Source: Emiliania huxleyi CCMP1516 (lineage: Eukaryota). From it: a DNA stretch of 64,000 nucleotides. A program made the translations under genes and the position numbers. The notes under the pieces were generated by a model that was given only the letters and a program-made list of their open reading frames with translations, was not told the origin of the DNA and did no database searches. Numbering within the stretch: the first letter of the stretch is position 1; each line of letters starts with the position of its first letter. Positions 10,583 through 22,777 of the stretch are shown piece by piece. The stretch lies in assembly GCF_000372725.1 (NCBI RefSeq), contig NW_005201851.1:405179-469178 (forward strand), in the 5' to 3' direction.

Positions 10583-11830
10583 ATGGAGAGCGCGGCAGAT
10601 TATTCGCCGCTTGTGCTTGAGGACCCCGACCTGCTCTGCACAATCCTCGCGCAGCTCCCGGACGCGCACGCACTCGTTGCGGCGGCAGCGGTCGCACGGC
10701 TGTGGCGCGTTCAGGGCCGCGACGACCGCGTGTGGCGCGCCCTCTACCGCAAGGTCTGGGGTCCGCGGGTGGGGTCGGCGGAGCCGCCGCTGCGCGACGT
10801 CCGCGTGGGCTGTTTCGTCGAGCTCTCCGGGCTGACTGCGAGGCCAGACCTGAACGGTCGGGTGGCGCAGGTGTTGGACAATGAGGCGGACGGGACGTGG
10901 AGAGTCAAACCCGTGAATCTCGTCGCGTGGGAACGGTACCTTCGAGATCAGATCGAGGTGATGACCCGCGCTTATTCCCTCCCTCCCCTGTTTGGAGAGA
11001 CCCTCAGCGCAGAAGACTACGCCGCCTCAACTCTTGACGAGGAAGCGCTCCACGTGCAGCCGCAGAATTTGCACGGACAGTGGCGGCTTCGCTTCCGACG
11101 CCGCCACACTGGCTTCGAGTTTGTAAACCTGCTGGGCGGATCGGGGCAGGTGCAGGTCGACGAACACGGCTTCTCGACGGCCGTCGGCCTACAGACCTTG
11201 ACGTACAGACACCATGGTCTCGTGCTGCGCGGCCGCCGCCCGCTCCAGTTTATCGAGGACGAGCTCGCGTACTTTGAGGTCTCCACGAGCGCCTCTTCGG
11301 TCGGCGTCACGGTCGGCTCGGCGTACGATGGACAGCGTGCACTGCACATCGGCTGGCGGAGCACGGCGTACGGCTACCACAGCGATGACGGCGCGAAGTG
11401 GCGCCACGACGCGGTCGCGGGCCCTCGCACGAACGGCGCGATCATGAACGGCGTCACCTTCGGTGAGCCCTTCGGGGGCCACCGCGGCTCAGCGGTCGAC
11501 ACGGTGGGCTGCGGGCTCGACCTACGCCGCCGCTCCGTCTTCTTCACAAAGAATGGCAAGCTGCAGGGCACTGCCTTTGAGAACTGCTGCCTGTCCCGAC
11601 TTTGCCCCCGACTTTACCCGACGGTGGCGCTGCACGAGGACGGTGACCGCTGCCGCTTCAACTTCGGAGCAGAGCCCTTCCTCTTCGACATCGCTGCGTT
11701 TGCGGTGAGCGACGCGCGGTCGGCCGGCGTGATTGGCGGCGGCGAGCTCCCGACGCCGGAGACCGAGGACGACGGCTCGGACGACGACGACTCGGACGAC
11801 GATGACTCGGACGACTCCGACGACGAGTAG
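10583..11830 (+). CDS. F-box + SPRY domain protein with acidic tail
   Basis: F-box DPDLLCTILAQLP...AAAVARLWR. SPRY motifs YFEV, YGYHSDDG, DTVGCGLD, VFFTKNG, LYPTV, FNFGAEPFLFD. Confidence 0.85.
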   Translation: MESAADYSPLVLEDPDLLCTILAQLPDAHALVAAAAVARLWRVQGRDDRVWRALYRKVWGPRVGSAEPPLRDVRVGCFVELSGLTARPDLNGRVAQVLDNEADGTWRVKPVNLVAWERYLRDQIEVMTRAYSLPPLFGETLSAEDYAASTLDEEALHVQPQNLHGQWRLRFRRRHTGFEFVNLLGGSGQVQVDEHGFSTAVGLQTLTYRHHGLVLRGRRPLQFIEDELAYFEVSTSASSVGVTVGSAYDGQRALHIGWRSTAYGYHSDDGAKWRHDAVAGPRTNGAIMNGVTFGEPFGGHRGSAVDTVGCGLDLRRRSVFFTKNGKLQGTAFENCCLSRLCPRLYPTVALHEDGDRCRFNFGAEPFLFDIAAFAVSDARSAGVIGGGELPTPETEDDGSDDDDSDDDDSDDSDDE

Positions 11831-12142
11831 TCGCTCGCACCCGCGACAGAACGGAGGTGGGAGGGCGCCCCGCGTTGGCTGGGCCGCGCTGCGCCAAGGC
11901 GGCGGAGTGCACTCTACAAGTACACGCTCGAGCTCGGCGTCCTCCTCCTTCATCCTCTGCTACGTCGCCACGTACGCGTTGCACGACGTGTCGACGTCGC
12001 ACGCTTGCTCGGCCGCCAACCCAAGCAGCCGCCGCCGCCGCATTCGCAGCTCTGCTGAGGGTGCACGGGGAGGCCGCTGGCGCTTGGGCCGGAGCCCCGA
12101 CCGCTTTCAAAGCTACTAGTTAGCTGCGCCGGGAGGTCCACA

Positions 12143-13943
12143 CGTCTGGGGGGGCGACCCCCCCATCTTTGTTTACCGAATGCGTCTCTGGATTAGAGTG
12201 CGTCTAGTAGGCCTCCTACTTAGACGCTCGCTGTCCTCGGTATGCTCGAGCATCCTAAGATGCGCGAGTCTATATTAGTTGCTCCGCGCATCCCGAATTG
12301 CTCGCGGCATCTCCGATTGGCGTTGCTGTCTCAAAAGACGCGCCGTGCATACTGTGAACAGCGCGTGTCTCAGAAGACGCGCGCATATTTTGAACAGCGT
12401 GTGGATCTCAAGAAATACACGCACGTATAAAAACAAAAAAGAAAACGAAAACTCGGTGTGGCGAGCGCTGCGCGGCGGGCCGTGCCCCCGGCTGTGCGCC
12501 GCGGCTGCTGCGCTACTACTCGCACAGCCGCGGCGCGCCCACCCGAGCACTCGTGGGTGGGCGCCCTATAGCCTCTCCGCGCAACGTGCTGGGGCACGGA
12601 CAGCGGCTCTCACGTGTGGCAGCGGCAGCAGGCCCACCGCTGCACCGACTCACACTGAACAGCACGCACAGGACACAGTCACAGAACACTGCCCCTGACG
12701 CCACTCACGGCCACGGGCTACTCAGACTTGGACACAGGCACCTCGCTTAGCACTCCGTGCACGTGGCTGCCGGTTGCCGTCACCAGCGCCGCTTCCTGCC
12801 CAGATCAAACACCTGCGACGTGGCGGAGGCGATGAGCGGCCCGCGGTCGCCGTGAGAGCGCGCGTGGTGGGCGACGGCTCACCGATCGAGCGGAAGCGGT
12901 CACGCTGTGGGGGCGGCGGAAGCGGTCACGCTGTGGGGGCGGCGGCGAGGCGGGCAAGCCACCCGCAGATCCCCAGAAGGACGCCGTCGCGAGGTCGAGG
13001 GCGGGCGGCGGGGGCGGCGAGAGCGAGGCGCGAGGCGCGAGGCGGTGTTGGCGGCGGCGGTGGCGCGGGCGGCGGCGGTCACGGAGCGGGGGCGAGAGGG
13101 TGGTGGCGAGCAAGACACCCGTGCGCGCTGCGCGGTCGCCGTTCTGACTCACATGCCTGCGGACAGCGCCGACGGGTGGTGAGGAGGGCGGCGAGCCGGC
13201 GGGCACGGTGTGCGCGCGGTCGCCGCGCGCTGGTGGGCGACAGCTCACCGAGTCGGGATGCCCGGTCCCTCAAATCGCCAAGTCAAACAAGAAAAACCGC
13301 GCAGGTGGCCGACTCTCGGAAGTACGCTGTCTTCCGTGTCTAGGCGCACGCCCACGCCCTCAGCCTCGAACTGGCCCCGCTACCTGCCGCGCAAACTGGT
13401 TGGTGGGGGGGGGAGGCGGCGTCGCCGTCGGATCGTCGTAAGCAGTGCATGCAACTTTGGTCTTTGCGCCCAGAGCTCGTGGCGCGAGCAGATGCATGCG
13501 CGGTGCTGAGAACCTGGTTCTCCAGGAGGGGCAGGCCGCGAGGAGAGACCTCACACGAGCACTCAAGGCAGGGCCCCCAGGGGGTGCCGAGAGATCACAC
13601 CGCCTTTTCGTGCTCCCTGGCTCCCTGCTCCCCCCTCGGTGCCCGGTGCACCCGACACACGGTGTCTCCTGAGACGCTTCCCTGTCCAAGTATAGTAAAA
13701 TGTGATCTAGTATGCAAGTGCCATCTCAGAACAGCTGTGCATCTATAGATGCTTGTGGCGTCTAAGATGGAACGCGTAACAAAAGACACGGCGCGGCTAT
13801 CTCCAGGACAGCCATCGCATCCTAGAATGCCCTGTGTACCCGAGACACATGGTATCTTTGAGATGAAAAGTGCGTCCTAGAATGCGTTTTTGCATTCTAG
13901 GACGCATCGGTAAACAAAGATGGGGGGGTCGCCCCCCCAGACG
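12143..13943. mobile_element. Non-autonomous TIR DNA element (~1.8 kb) with a putative 3-bp TSD (ACA)
   Basis: ~45-bp TIRs CGTCTGGGGGGGCGACCCCCCCATCTTTGTTTACCGA(A)TGCGTC at both ends; ACA at 12140-12142 and 13944-13946; no transposase ORF seen. Confidence 0.8.
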
Positions 13944-14221
13944 ACAGCGCCCAGGCCGCAATTTCCCGCAAGACCTCGACCTGCTCTCGTCCTGCTGCTG
14001 CGAGCCTGCGTGCTGGGGTCGAGCTGCGGGCTGCCGTCTTGTGCCGACCGCGACCGGGGGGCGGGGGGTCGGAGTGGTGTTTTGATGCAATGAATATAGG
14101 GACTTGTGATATACAATGAAAGGGATTCGGAAGAAGCGCGACGTCCGACGACCTCACGGACCTGATTGCTGACATTAACTGCTCCACACACACGATGCTC
14201 AGACCCCGGGGGCCTGGGAAA

Positions 14222-17102
14222 TTACACCGCCTTGTCCTGCCGGGGTGGCGCGGGGCGACTGGCGCGGAGAGCGAGGGCGAGCGTGACGAGCCGCTCGACG
14301 AGTTCGCCTGCAGCAGAGGGCAAACGCGGTGTGTGCCGCGGAGACGCGGGCGGGGGCGGGGGGACGCGCGCTGAGCACACCGACGCGTCCGACCCAGCGC
14401 GAGTCGGGCAGCAGATCGCCCGTGGCGGCATCGAAGCATGGCTCCTCGAAGCGGCGGATCGCAACCTCGGGCGCGTTGACAAAGGTGACGTCGATGAACG
14501 ACCCGATCTGACGCAGCGCCTGCTGCCCCCGCACGCCGCCGCCGCCGCCGCCCGACGAGAGGATGGCGCCCGCCTTGCCCGCCCAGAGGTTGCCTTGCGT
14601 CGGCACGCGGGAGGCCCAATCGATGGCATTCTTCAGCGCCGCAGAGATCGAGTAGTTGTGCTCTGGGCAGGCAAAGAGCACCGCGTCGGCCGAGCTGACG
14701 GCGGCGCGCCAGCTGCTGACGGCTCCTCGTGTCGATCCGCCCGCCTCGTCGAGGTCCTGCGAGTAGAGCGGCAGGTCGCCTGCTCACACAGAGCCGCGGT
14801 GAGACGCCCTCGACTGCGGCCCTCCCGCGGGGAGGAGAGCAGCAGGTGTACCGATGGTGGCGAGACGCAGCTCCACGCCGCGCTGCCGCGCCGCCACCGC
14901 CGCAACACGCAGCAAGCCAGCGTTGGTGGAGGCGGCGCGCAGCGAGCCGCAGACGCCCAAGAGCACGAGCGGAGGCCAGGCATCCGGCAGCGGCAGCGTG
15001 TCCGGCGGCGCAGAGGCCGGCGCGGCGGCGGGAGGCTTGGCGGCCTCCGGGTTGCGCTTTTGCGGCCGCTGCTCAGAGCGCCGCGCCTGAGGCGGGAGGC
15101 CGGGTCGGAGATCGGAGCACCGCAATCGGCGGGAGTCTTGTGCGTGTGTGTGTGTGCGTGTGTGTGTGTGTGTGCGTGCGTGCATGCGTGCGTGCGTGCG
15201 TGCGTGTGTGTGTGCGTGTGTGCATGTGTGTGTGTGCGGGCGCTTGTGGGTGCGTGGGAGGTGGGGGGCGCCGGCGCCTTGTGACGGATCGCTATCGTGC
15301 CCGACCCTACCACGGCACCCGTCACGCGAGCGGCGGCCGCGGCCGCCGCAGCAAACGAGGGCGACCTCGGCCGCTCGATCGGCGTCTCGCTCACCTAGCG
15401 CACGGGCGGGCGAGGCGCGGAGATGCTGCCGGGCGGGCGCCAGGCCTTTGCCTTTGGGGCCCGCGGCGAGAGGGAGGCTGGCGTGGCGACACGCGGGGCA
15501 GAGGAAGTGGAGGCGAGGAGGTGGGAGGAGCTGGCGGGTGCGAGAGAGGAGGGCGGTGTTGTGAGGAGATGGTGAGGAGGAGGTGGTGAGGAGGTGGTGA
15601 GGTGGGGAGGGGGCGGGGAGGGGGCGGGGAGGGGGCGGGGAGGGGGCGGGGAGTCACCTCGCTCGCGTCGCAAGAGACGCTCAGCTCGCGAGTCAGCTCG
15701 CGAGGCGTATGCGGCGAGCCGGTCCCGTTGGTCGTGTCTCCCACCGCCGCCGCGCCCGCGCCGTTGGGCGCCCACGGCGGCGGCTTGGCTCCGCGGTACA
15801 TGGAGGGGGAAGGAAGGGGCGACTTGTCAAAGTCCTTCGAGCGGCCGCGCGAGCGGCGCGACTTGGGCGACTGCTTCGTCGGCGACGAGGCGCCCGACCG
15901 GCTTCGAAAGGACGCCGCCTATCGGAAGGCTCGGAGCAGGCTGCAGGAGGTCGCAAGACAAGTCCCGACCGGCCGTGCAGCGACGCCGCCGGCTTTGGCG
16001 AGCCGTTCGGCGGCGCGGAGCTCTTGGAGGTTGGCGTCGCCGGCCTGGCGCGCGCCGCGGCGCCCGAGGCCGCGCCATCTCCCGAGGCAGCCCTCTCTGG
16101 CGCCTGTGCTGCTGGCTCTGCGGCTGCTGGCTCTGCGGCTGCCGCCGAGGAGAGGAGGCTCGAGGATGAGCCCCCCGTCCCAAAGTCGTACTTGCCTCCT
16201 CCGGCGCGCATGGTCTGCATGAAGTGGGGCTTGCAGTAGACTCCGCCGGACAGGTCCATGCACCTGCGGCGCGACAGAGCGAGGCGGGCAGCGGGGAGGG
16301 GAGTGAGAGGACGGGGCGAGGGGAGGGTCGCGAGCCACACGCTGGGAGGGCGGTCCAGGCAACCGCGGCGGTGGTGGCGGCGCGTGCTCGCGCGCGGTCG
16401 GACGTGTTCGCGCGTGGGGGGCCGGCCGCGCCAGTTGGAGGGCGAGAGCTTGATGTTGCACTCGATGCAGCGGAAGCAGGTGTTGTGGAAGACCTGATCC
16501 TTGGCGCTCACGCGCTCGGCCGCGTACACGGTCTTGTTGCAGCGCGTACACTTCTCGCCGCCGCCGCCGAACCGGCCGAACGACGAAGAGCGCATGATCT
16601 TGGAGCCGGAGCGCGGCGCCGGCGAGGCGGTGGCCGGAGCCGGGACGGGAGTGCACACCGGAGCCGGTCCCGGAGTCGGTGCGGGAGAGGACACGTGTGC
16701 AGGCGATCGAGTCTCGCCGTGGGCGGTGGCCGGAGCGAGCGGCCTCTGCGGCGTCGCGGCCGCCTTACCGTTGCTGCTGTCGCTTCGGCGCGGCGTGGAC
16801 GGCGGTGACCGTTCCGATTCGGTGTTGACAGTCAGAGTGCCGCCAGACGTCTTGAGCGCCTGCATGAAGTGCGGCTTGCACCACAGCCCGCCGCACGGGT
16901 CCATGCACCAGGACGACAGCGTGAGCTTCACGTTGCACTCCTTGCACCGAAAGCACGCGACGTGGAAGATCTTGTCCTGCGCGACCGCCCTCTCCGCCAC
17001 GTACACCGTCTTGGCGCAGAGCGCGCACTTCTCGCCGCCGCCGCCGTAGCGGCCGAACGAAGAGGAGCGGCGCACCAGCGCGGGCCTCTCGTTCTCGGAC
17101 AT
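14222..17102 (-). CDS. Multi-exon protein: two LIM domains + Ser/Pro linker + NADPH-dependent FMN reductase (flavodoxin-like) domain
   Basis: LIM: CALCAKTVYVAER...FHVACFRCKEC...WCKPHF and CTRCNKTVYAAER...FHNTCFRCIEC...YCKPHF. Reductase: GVCGSLRAASTN, DLPLYSQD, ADAVLFACPEHNYSISAALKNAIDWASR, WAGKAGAI. Exons join in frame through GC/GT-AG introns. Confidence 0.7.
15138..15237. repeat. (GT)n/(GTGC)n microsatellite in an intron
   Basis: Seen directly. Confidence 0.9.
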
Positions 17103-17861
17103 TTGTAACCCACAGCTACACAGCGCCTAGTTCCTACCAAAAGGTGCATGCAAAAGAAAATCGTCGTGGCCACGCATCATGCTGCGCATTGGCGAGCAAT
17201 CGCGTAACGGAGGGCTGCGATCCAGGCTGCGTCTTATTTGGGCCGCCTTTTGGCGACTTCTTGCGCCTCCCTTTCTCTCTTGCCTTTTTTTTTAGAGCGC
17301 CTTCGTTGTTAATAGTACAAGCCCAATGGTCCCTTGCAAGCGGTCCCTTGTCGCAGTCGCACACACGCACACGCCGCGCCGCACCGCGCGCCCGCCCGCT
17401 GCCCCGCCCAGGCGGGAAAGAGATGAGCTTTTTTTCCATGCGGATGTGACCGCGCGAGGTGGCATGAAGGTTGCTGCGAGAATCAGACGACCTGGTCCTT
17501 TTTCGGGGTTATCAGGCACATAAGGGCGGCGAGGGTGTGATGCTGATGGCTGACGCCTCCGCCCGGCTCTGCGCGTCTGCTGGAGTGCCTTGGCGACGCT
17601 GGTGACGTCGGAGTGACCCGGCACCTGCTTGTGGTGTGGGGTCTTACACAGTGCTTGACATAAGAGGGCGATCTGTCCTGATCCCAGGACTGATGGTGAT
17701 GCTTGGTAGCTACCCACATTCGCTTCACTCGACCAACAGACCCACCCTCGGCGGTGGCCGCCGCAACCTCTTGATAATAATTTAAATGATAAGTCACGAA
17801 GCAGCCATCGTAGAGAGTGGCACGAAAGAGTGCAAGCCCCCCCCCCCCCCCCCGGGGGGCC

Positions 17862-19281
17862 ATGCTTTTGACGGATTCTGAGCACTTGCGCGAGACCTTG
17901 GAGCCCTTGGAGTGCAATTATCAACCGCACATCCAGGGCCGGGGAGCTCAGAAGCGCCAGACCGAATTTTTTTACGGGGTGCCGTTGGCGCGTTGTCGCC
18001 TTCCGCGTTTTCCCTCCTCTCCAGCGTGTCTTCGATGGGCTGGGCAGCGACGACAACCATCATTTCGGCGCCCGAGGCGGCTGCCAAACGCGCGTGGACG
18101 ACCCTCCAGAGCAATTTCGAAAGCTACAGAGAAGGCGAATGCGGTTCCTATGAGTTGGATGCGGGCCTCGCTATGGGCAAGGGGCAGGTGCGCAGACACT
18201 GAGCAAGACGGGTCCTCACTGCGGCTATTCTGACCCGCTACTGGAGGAGCTCAGCGCCATGCGGCACGTCGGCAGCAAACTTGGCCTTTTCGCCCGCGGC
18301 GATATACCATCGGTCGCGAGTCAGCCACCAGATCCACGGGTCCAGCTCCTCTCTGCAGATGAAGACGAGGGCTTCCACTACTGGTGGATGGCGCCTGCGA
18401 GCGCCTTGCTGGAGTCCGGTGGCAGCACGTCCGCCGCTTCGCAGCCCGGTGCAATTAGTCTGGCTTGCATCAAATGTGGCGCAAGCGTGCACCTGCGGGG
18501 TGCACAGTTTTGTGGCACCTGCGGCGAGCGGCTTCCGTCGACCAGCGAAGACGCGGGACGCACCGGCCTCCTCGTCCGTCTCCGCCGCGAGCTCGGCCAG
18601 GCAATGCAAGCGGTCAGCTACGCGCAGCCGGGGGTGCGCCAGGTGGATGGCACGTCTGGTATGCTCTTCAAGCACAACGGGCCACACAGGCGGCGCGCCG
18701 ACGAGTACGCGTTGCCAGTGCGCCAGCAGCTCGCCACGGCGCTGGACGCCCTCAGCAAGCCCGTCGCACAGCCTGCACAGGGCAACGAGCTCAGCTCGTC
18801 CATCAAAGCGGCCCGCGCCGCCCTGCGCGCGTGGGACTCGCGCGACGACGAGCTGGAGGAACGGCGGCGGGGTCGGGACTTTGGCGGCGCCTATGGCGAC
18901 GATGATCCCGACGACCCCGACGACGATGAGGACGACTGCTACGGCTACGGCGGCGGCAGAGTCTGTTTCCAATTCCGCGACCAGGGATGGTGCAGCTACG
19001 GCTCGAGCTGCAGATACCGCCACCCGCGCTACCCGGCCGGCTGCCGCCGGGACTGCCTCGATTGTGGCTTCGCCGTGCGGCAGGCACTCAAGCTCTGCTC
19101 GGAGCACCTTGGTGAGGTGGAGGATGCGCTACAGATTGTCCGGCAGCCTTTCGTCTCCGATGGCGAGATGATTGCGGCCGCCGCCCAGCGCGAGCAGGTG
19201 GCCGGCGTCGCCGGTTTCCTTACGCGTGCGGCGGCTCTAGGCCATTTTGTTCTCATCAACCACGACAACGAAGGCTGCTGA
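17862..19281 (+). CDS. Zinc-ribbon + CCCH zinc-finger protein (5' exons tentative)
   Basis: CIKCGASVHLRGAQFCGTCGERL and CFQFRDQGWCSYGSSCRYRH (C-x8-C-x5-C-x3-H) in the main exon 18259-19281. Confidence 0.65.
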
Positions 19282-19666
19282 GATCAGTGTGCCTGCTGAG
19301 AGCGAAGGGCCGTGCGTCTGTGCGAGGATCAGGTGGGAGCGGGCGGAACGCTGATGTGAACTTCTTTTTCTACGGCGCCCGTGGTGTTACCTGTGTGAGA
19401 CAAGTGTGTGCGTGTGTGTTGGCCTGTTGCACTCTCTGTTCCCAGTTTTCTAATTGGCGAAGTTTCATGCAATAGCTTAAAAAATCTTACATGTTACAAA
19501 ATAAAACTAAATAAGGGACCGGTGGGCGGTGCAACCACACGGGTTTGGGGTTTGGCTCCGGAGTGCCCCACCCGCTCCCAGCGCGGCGTGTGCCTTCCTT
19601 CAGCGGCTGTTCACCGGCATGGGATCTGTGGAAGCTTCGATCGATCCGCTGTTCCGCGGCGACGAC

Positions 19667-21182
19667 TCACGACCCGTCGCGCGGGTCGCGCAACGTCGTC
19701 TCGGTCAGCGCAACCCGCGAGAAACTTGCCGTGCACGCCTGCCCTGTCGGGCACTGCGCCAGGAATCCGACCGACAGCGGCGCGCTCGGCTCGCGCAGGC
19801 AAAAGATCCGGGTGAGCGTCCATGCCTCTCCTCCGTCGTGCGCGTAGTGGAAGGCGAGGGCGGCGCCGAGCTTGGAAATGCGCAGGCGCACCGCCCCGCC
19901 CTCGACCGCCGCGCCGTTCGCGTCGTCCGAGATGCCGCGCGTGACGACGGAGACGACGAGGGGCTTGCCCTCCGGAGAGAGCTCGTAGCAGCACTTGCAC
20001 CAGTCGCCTGGCCCCTGGTGAACGAAGAGGGTGCCTGCGGGAAGCTTCCGAGAAGGTTCAGGGAAGGGCCCCGGGTCGGACTGCCCCAGCTGCAGCAGGG
20101 CGAGTTCCCGCGTCGAAGAGAGACTTGTGTACCACCTCCACGCGCGCCGACAGCTGCCAGTCGCCGGGCGGCGGCGAGAAGACGAGGCACGGCGCGTTTG
20201 CAAGGCCGGAAGGCATTCCTTCGCCGGGCGGAGGGTTGAACCAGTCCGTCCTCGCGCCCGCCGTCATCGTCAGCACGCCCTCCTCGACCGACGCGGCGCC
20301 CTCCACGCCGCCAAGCCAGCGCAGCGCCGGAAGGCCGGAGAGGGAGAGCCCAGCGCCGGCGGGCGCCGCCGAGTCCGAGCCCTCAGGCTCAGCCTCGCGC
20401 GGCCGTTTGCGCGCGCCGTCGGCACCACCCTCTGCGCACGAGCGGGCGAGCGCCTCGTGCTCGGCGATGCCCTGGCCGTATGCGGCCGCGTCCTGTAAGA
20501 GAGAGAGGGAGAGGTGAGTCGCATGGTTGCTTGTGGCAGGCGGCGGCGGCGGCGACAAAAGCAGGGTGGCCCATGGATAGCAGTTCCACACATCCTCCAC
20601 GTTCTCGCCCGCGATGTACGTCACGTCGTCGGGCAGCGAGCCCGTCTTTGGCTTGGCCTTGTTGTGCACCTGCCGTGCCAGCAAGGCACGTGTGGAGGTG
20701 TGCGAAGGGAAGTCGGGCGTGACATTCCGACGCCACCACATAGACGCCCACCGCTGCAGGCGCTTGAGCTCCTCGACGGCAAACTGGAGCGTCGCACGCG
20801 TGTCGTCGACCTACTTCAAAATCAAGAATAAATGCGCGGCGCTCGGAGGCAGGCGCGCCAGCGGAACACCTCATCAATGATGAGGACTCGGCGGCCACGG
20901 ACCAGCGAGCCAAACGTGCCGGGCGCCTCGTCGAACCACTGCTTGCAAATCACGGAGGAGTTCGCCGTCTTTGTGGCGTCGTCGTACAGCTCGAGAGAGA
21001 TGGCGAGGATCGGCTTTTGTACCTCGGTCCGTAGCATCCGCGCCGGTATGAAGCCGCCGCCACCGATCGCAACGGACGTCGGGCGCAAACGCCTGAACCT
21101 CGGGCACCGAACCGCTCACGGTGGCGGCGATCTGACTGTAGGAGAAGTAGCGCTTGCCATCGGGCGCGAGGAAATTGCTCAT
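19667..21182 (-). pseudogene. Xanthine/hypoxanthine phosphoribosyltransferase (fungal Hpt1/Xpt1-like) fused to DUF1349; two apparent frameshifts
   Basis: PRT motifs AIGGGGFIPARMLRT, VLIIDEVDDTRATL, VVHNK, WNCYPW. DUF1349 motifs TDWFNPP, FDAGTLF, VVSVVTRGISDDAN, VGFLAQCPTG. Frame breaks at ~21075 and ~20760. Confidence 0.7.
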
Positions 21183-21260
21183 CGCGACGTTGCACAGCCG
21201 GCACAAGCCGGAGGGTTACTCGAGTAGGGTCCTTGTGGACCGGGGTAGTCGTATTGTCTT

Positions 21261-21659
21261 TTATCGCTTCGGGTCGCTATCGCAAACCCTGTCAGCAGAG
21301 TCTCCTACGGGAATGTACGTAAGAGCTACATACACTGAGAGAGAGCAGTTGCAAAGATCAACCGCCTTGCGCGCAAGGCTCAACGCTCGGGCGTTGACCG
21401 CAGTGGGAGCGGGGCGGGGCTGCAGCAGCTTGGCGGCGTCGGCACGGCCGCACTCTGAGCGAGCGTAGGCGATGGCCGCCTCTTCGGCGGTGTCGAAGTA
21501 GCCGAGGTGGACACGCTTGCCGCCATCCCGCACATGCACCTGAAACTTCATATTGCGGCGGTCGAAGTTCACGTTCTTGTAGCCAGTCGTGCTGTTCTTG
21601 AGGGTGGCCGGGATCAACACGAGGCGCTCTGACGACGCGGTCCGTAGCGGGGCCATCAT
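21261..21659 (-). CDS. Single AP2-like DNA-binding domain protein (possibly truncated)
   Basis: TTGYKNVNFDRRNMKFQVHVRDGGKRVHLGYFDTAEEAAIAYAR is an AP2/ERF-type motif. Confidence 0.7.
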   Translation of the reverse strand: MMAPLRTASSERLVLIPATLKNSTTGYKNVNFDRRNMKFQVHVRDGGKRVHLGYFDTAEEAAIAYARSECGRADAAKLLQPRPAPTAVNARALSLARKAVDLCNCSLSVYVALTYIPVGDSADRVCDSDPKR

Positions 21660-22777
21660 GCAGCCGGAGCACGTAGATTTTCGCGAGTTTGACAATTGGG
21701 ATTCGATTTGGATTATCACAAGGCAGCGTGGGCACCTAAAATCATTGGCCAGGCAATCGTCTCGCGGGCGTTTTGGCGAGTGCAGAAACATAATGCATAT
21801 ACGTAGTACGTCAGCGCCTCCAGGCTGTGGCGCCAGGAAGGGGTGCGTATGCGGATACATGATACGTCATGCGTAACGCGGTCGTCGATGGGCCTGAATT
21901 GATAAAATTACGCTGAGAAAATTTCTGAAACGGCGTGCAGCAGAGTCACCGACGAGTCGGTCCGCGTGACTCCTCGTGTCCCGTACCGTTCTCACACATC
22001 CATAAACTCACTTTGGCCTCACTGAAGCCTCAATCCTGAATCCTCAGTTTAGATTAGGACGGCCTAGCCAACTCTTGTCTCTTGGTGGTCCACGTCACCT
22101 CATCGAGGTACTGGGCCCGCGTCAGCTCCCCGGCCATGCATGGCAACACAAAACAACATCTCTCTCTCTGCATGGCGCGATGCGTCTGTTCGGCGAGCAC
22201 ACCGCGGCCTGACGACAGGTCGTCCATCGAGACCTTTTTTCGAGGGCAATCATGCCCTCGTTGCGTTAGTGTGGAAGCAGCAGCCACCAAGTGGGATGAA
22301 GGCCGCCCAGCAAGGCGCCGCTCGACAAGGCTGTACCACCTTCGTACGATGCATTCTTTTTTCCCGTCGCCCGTCTTTGCGTCCTCCGCCCGTACAAAAG
22401 CAACAAGGGAGACGAGGGTGGGTCACAAAACAGCGCGCCACAAGGCGCTCAGAGCGGAGAGTTGGACAGCGACACACAATGTCTTCTCCGCCCACCGCCG
22501 TTCTCAAGCTGCGCCGCCTCGCGCGCAAACAAAGTCGCGCGCGGCAGCGTTGACCGCACGGCCTACTCGCCCAAGTACTCGCTCTCTTTTATGTCCCACC
22601 ATGCAGAGCCCATCTCTCTCTCTGTTGTGCGAGGCGTGAACCGCGCCATTCGCTCTCACCTGGCAACCCTGTCTGCACGTCTCGCGCGCGCGTGACAGGG
22701 CGACGACCATCGAGAGACAGCTCACACTCGATGCGTCTGATCGTTTCCGGCTTGCACAATTTGGGGGGTGCCCGAGC

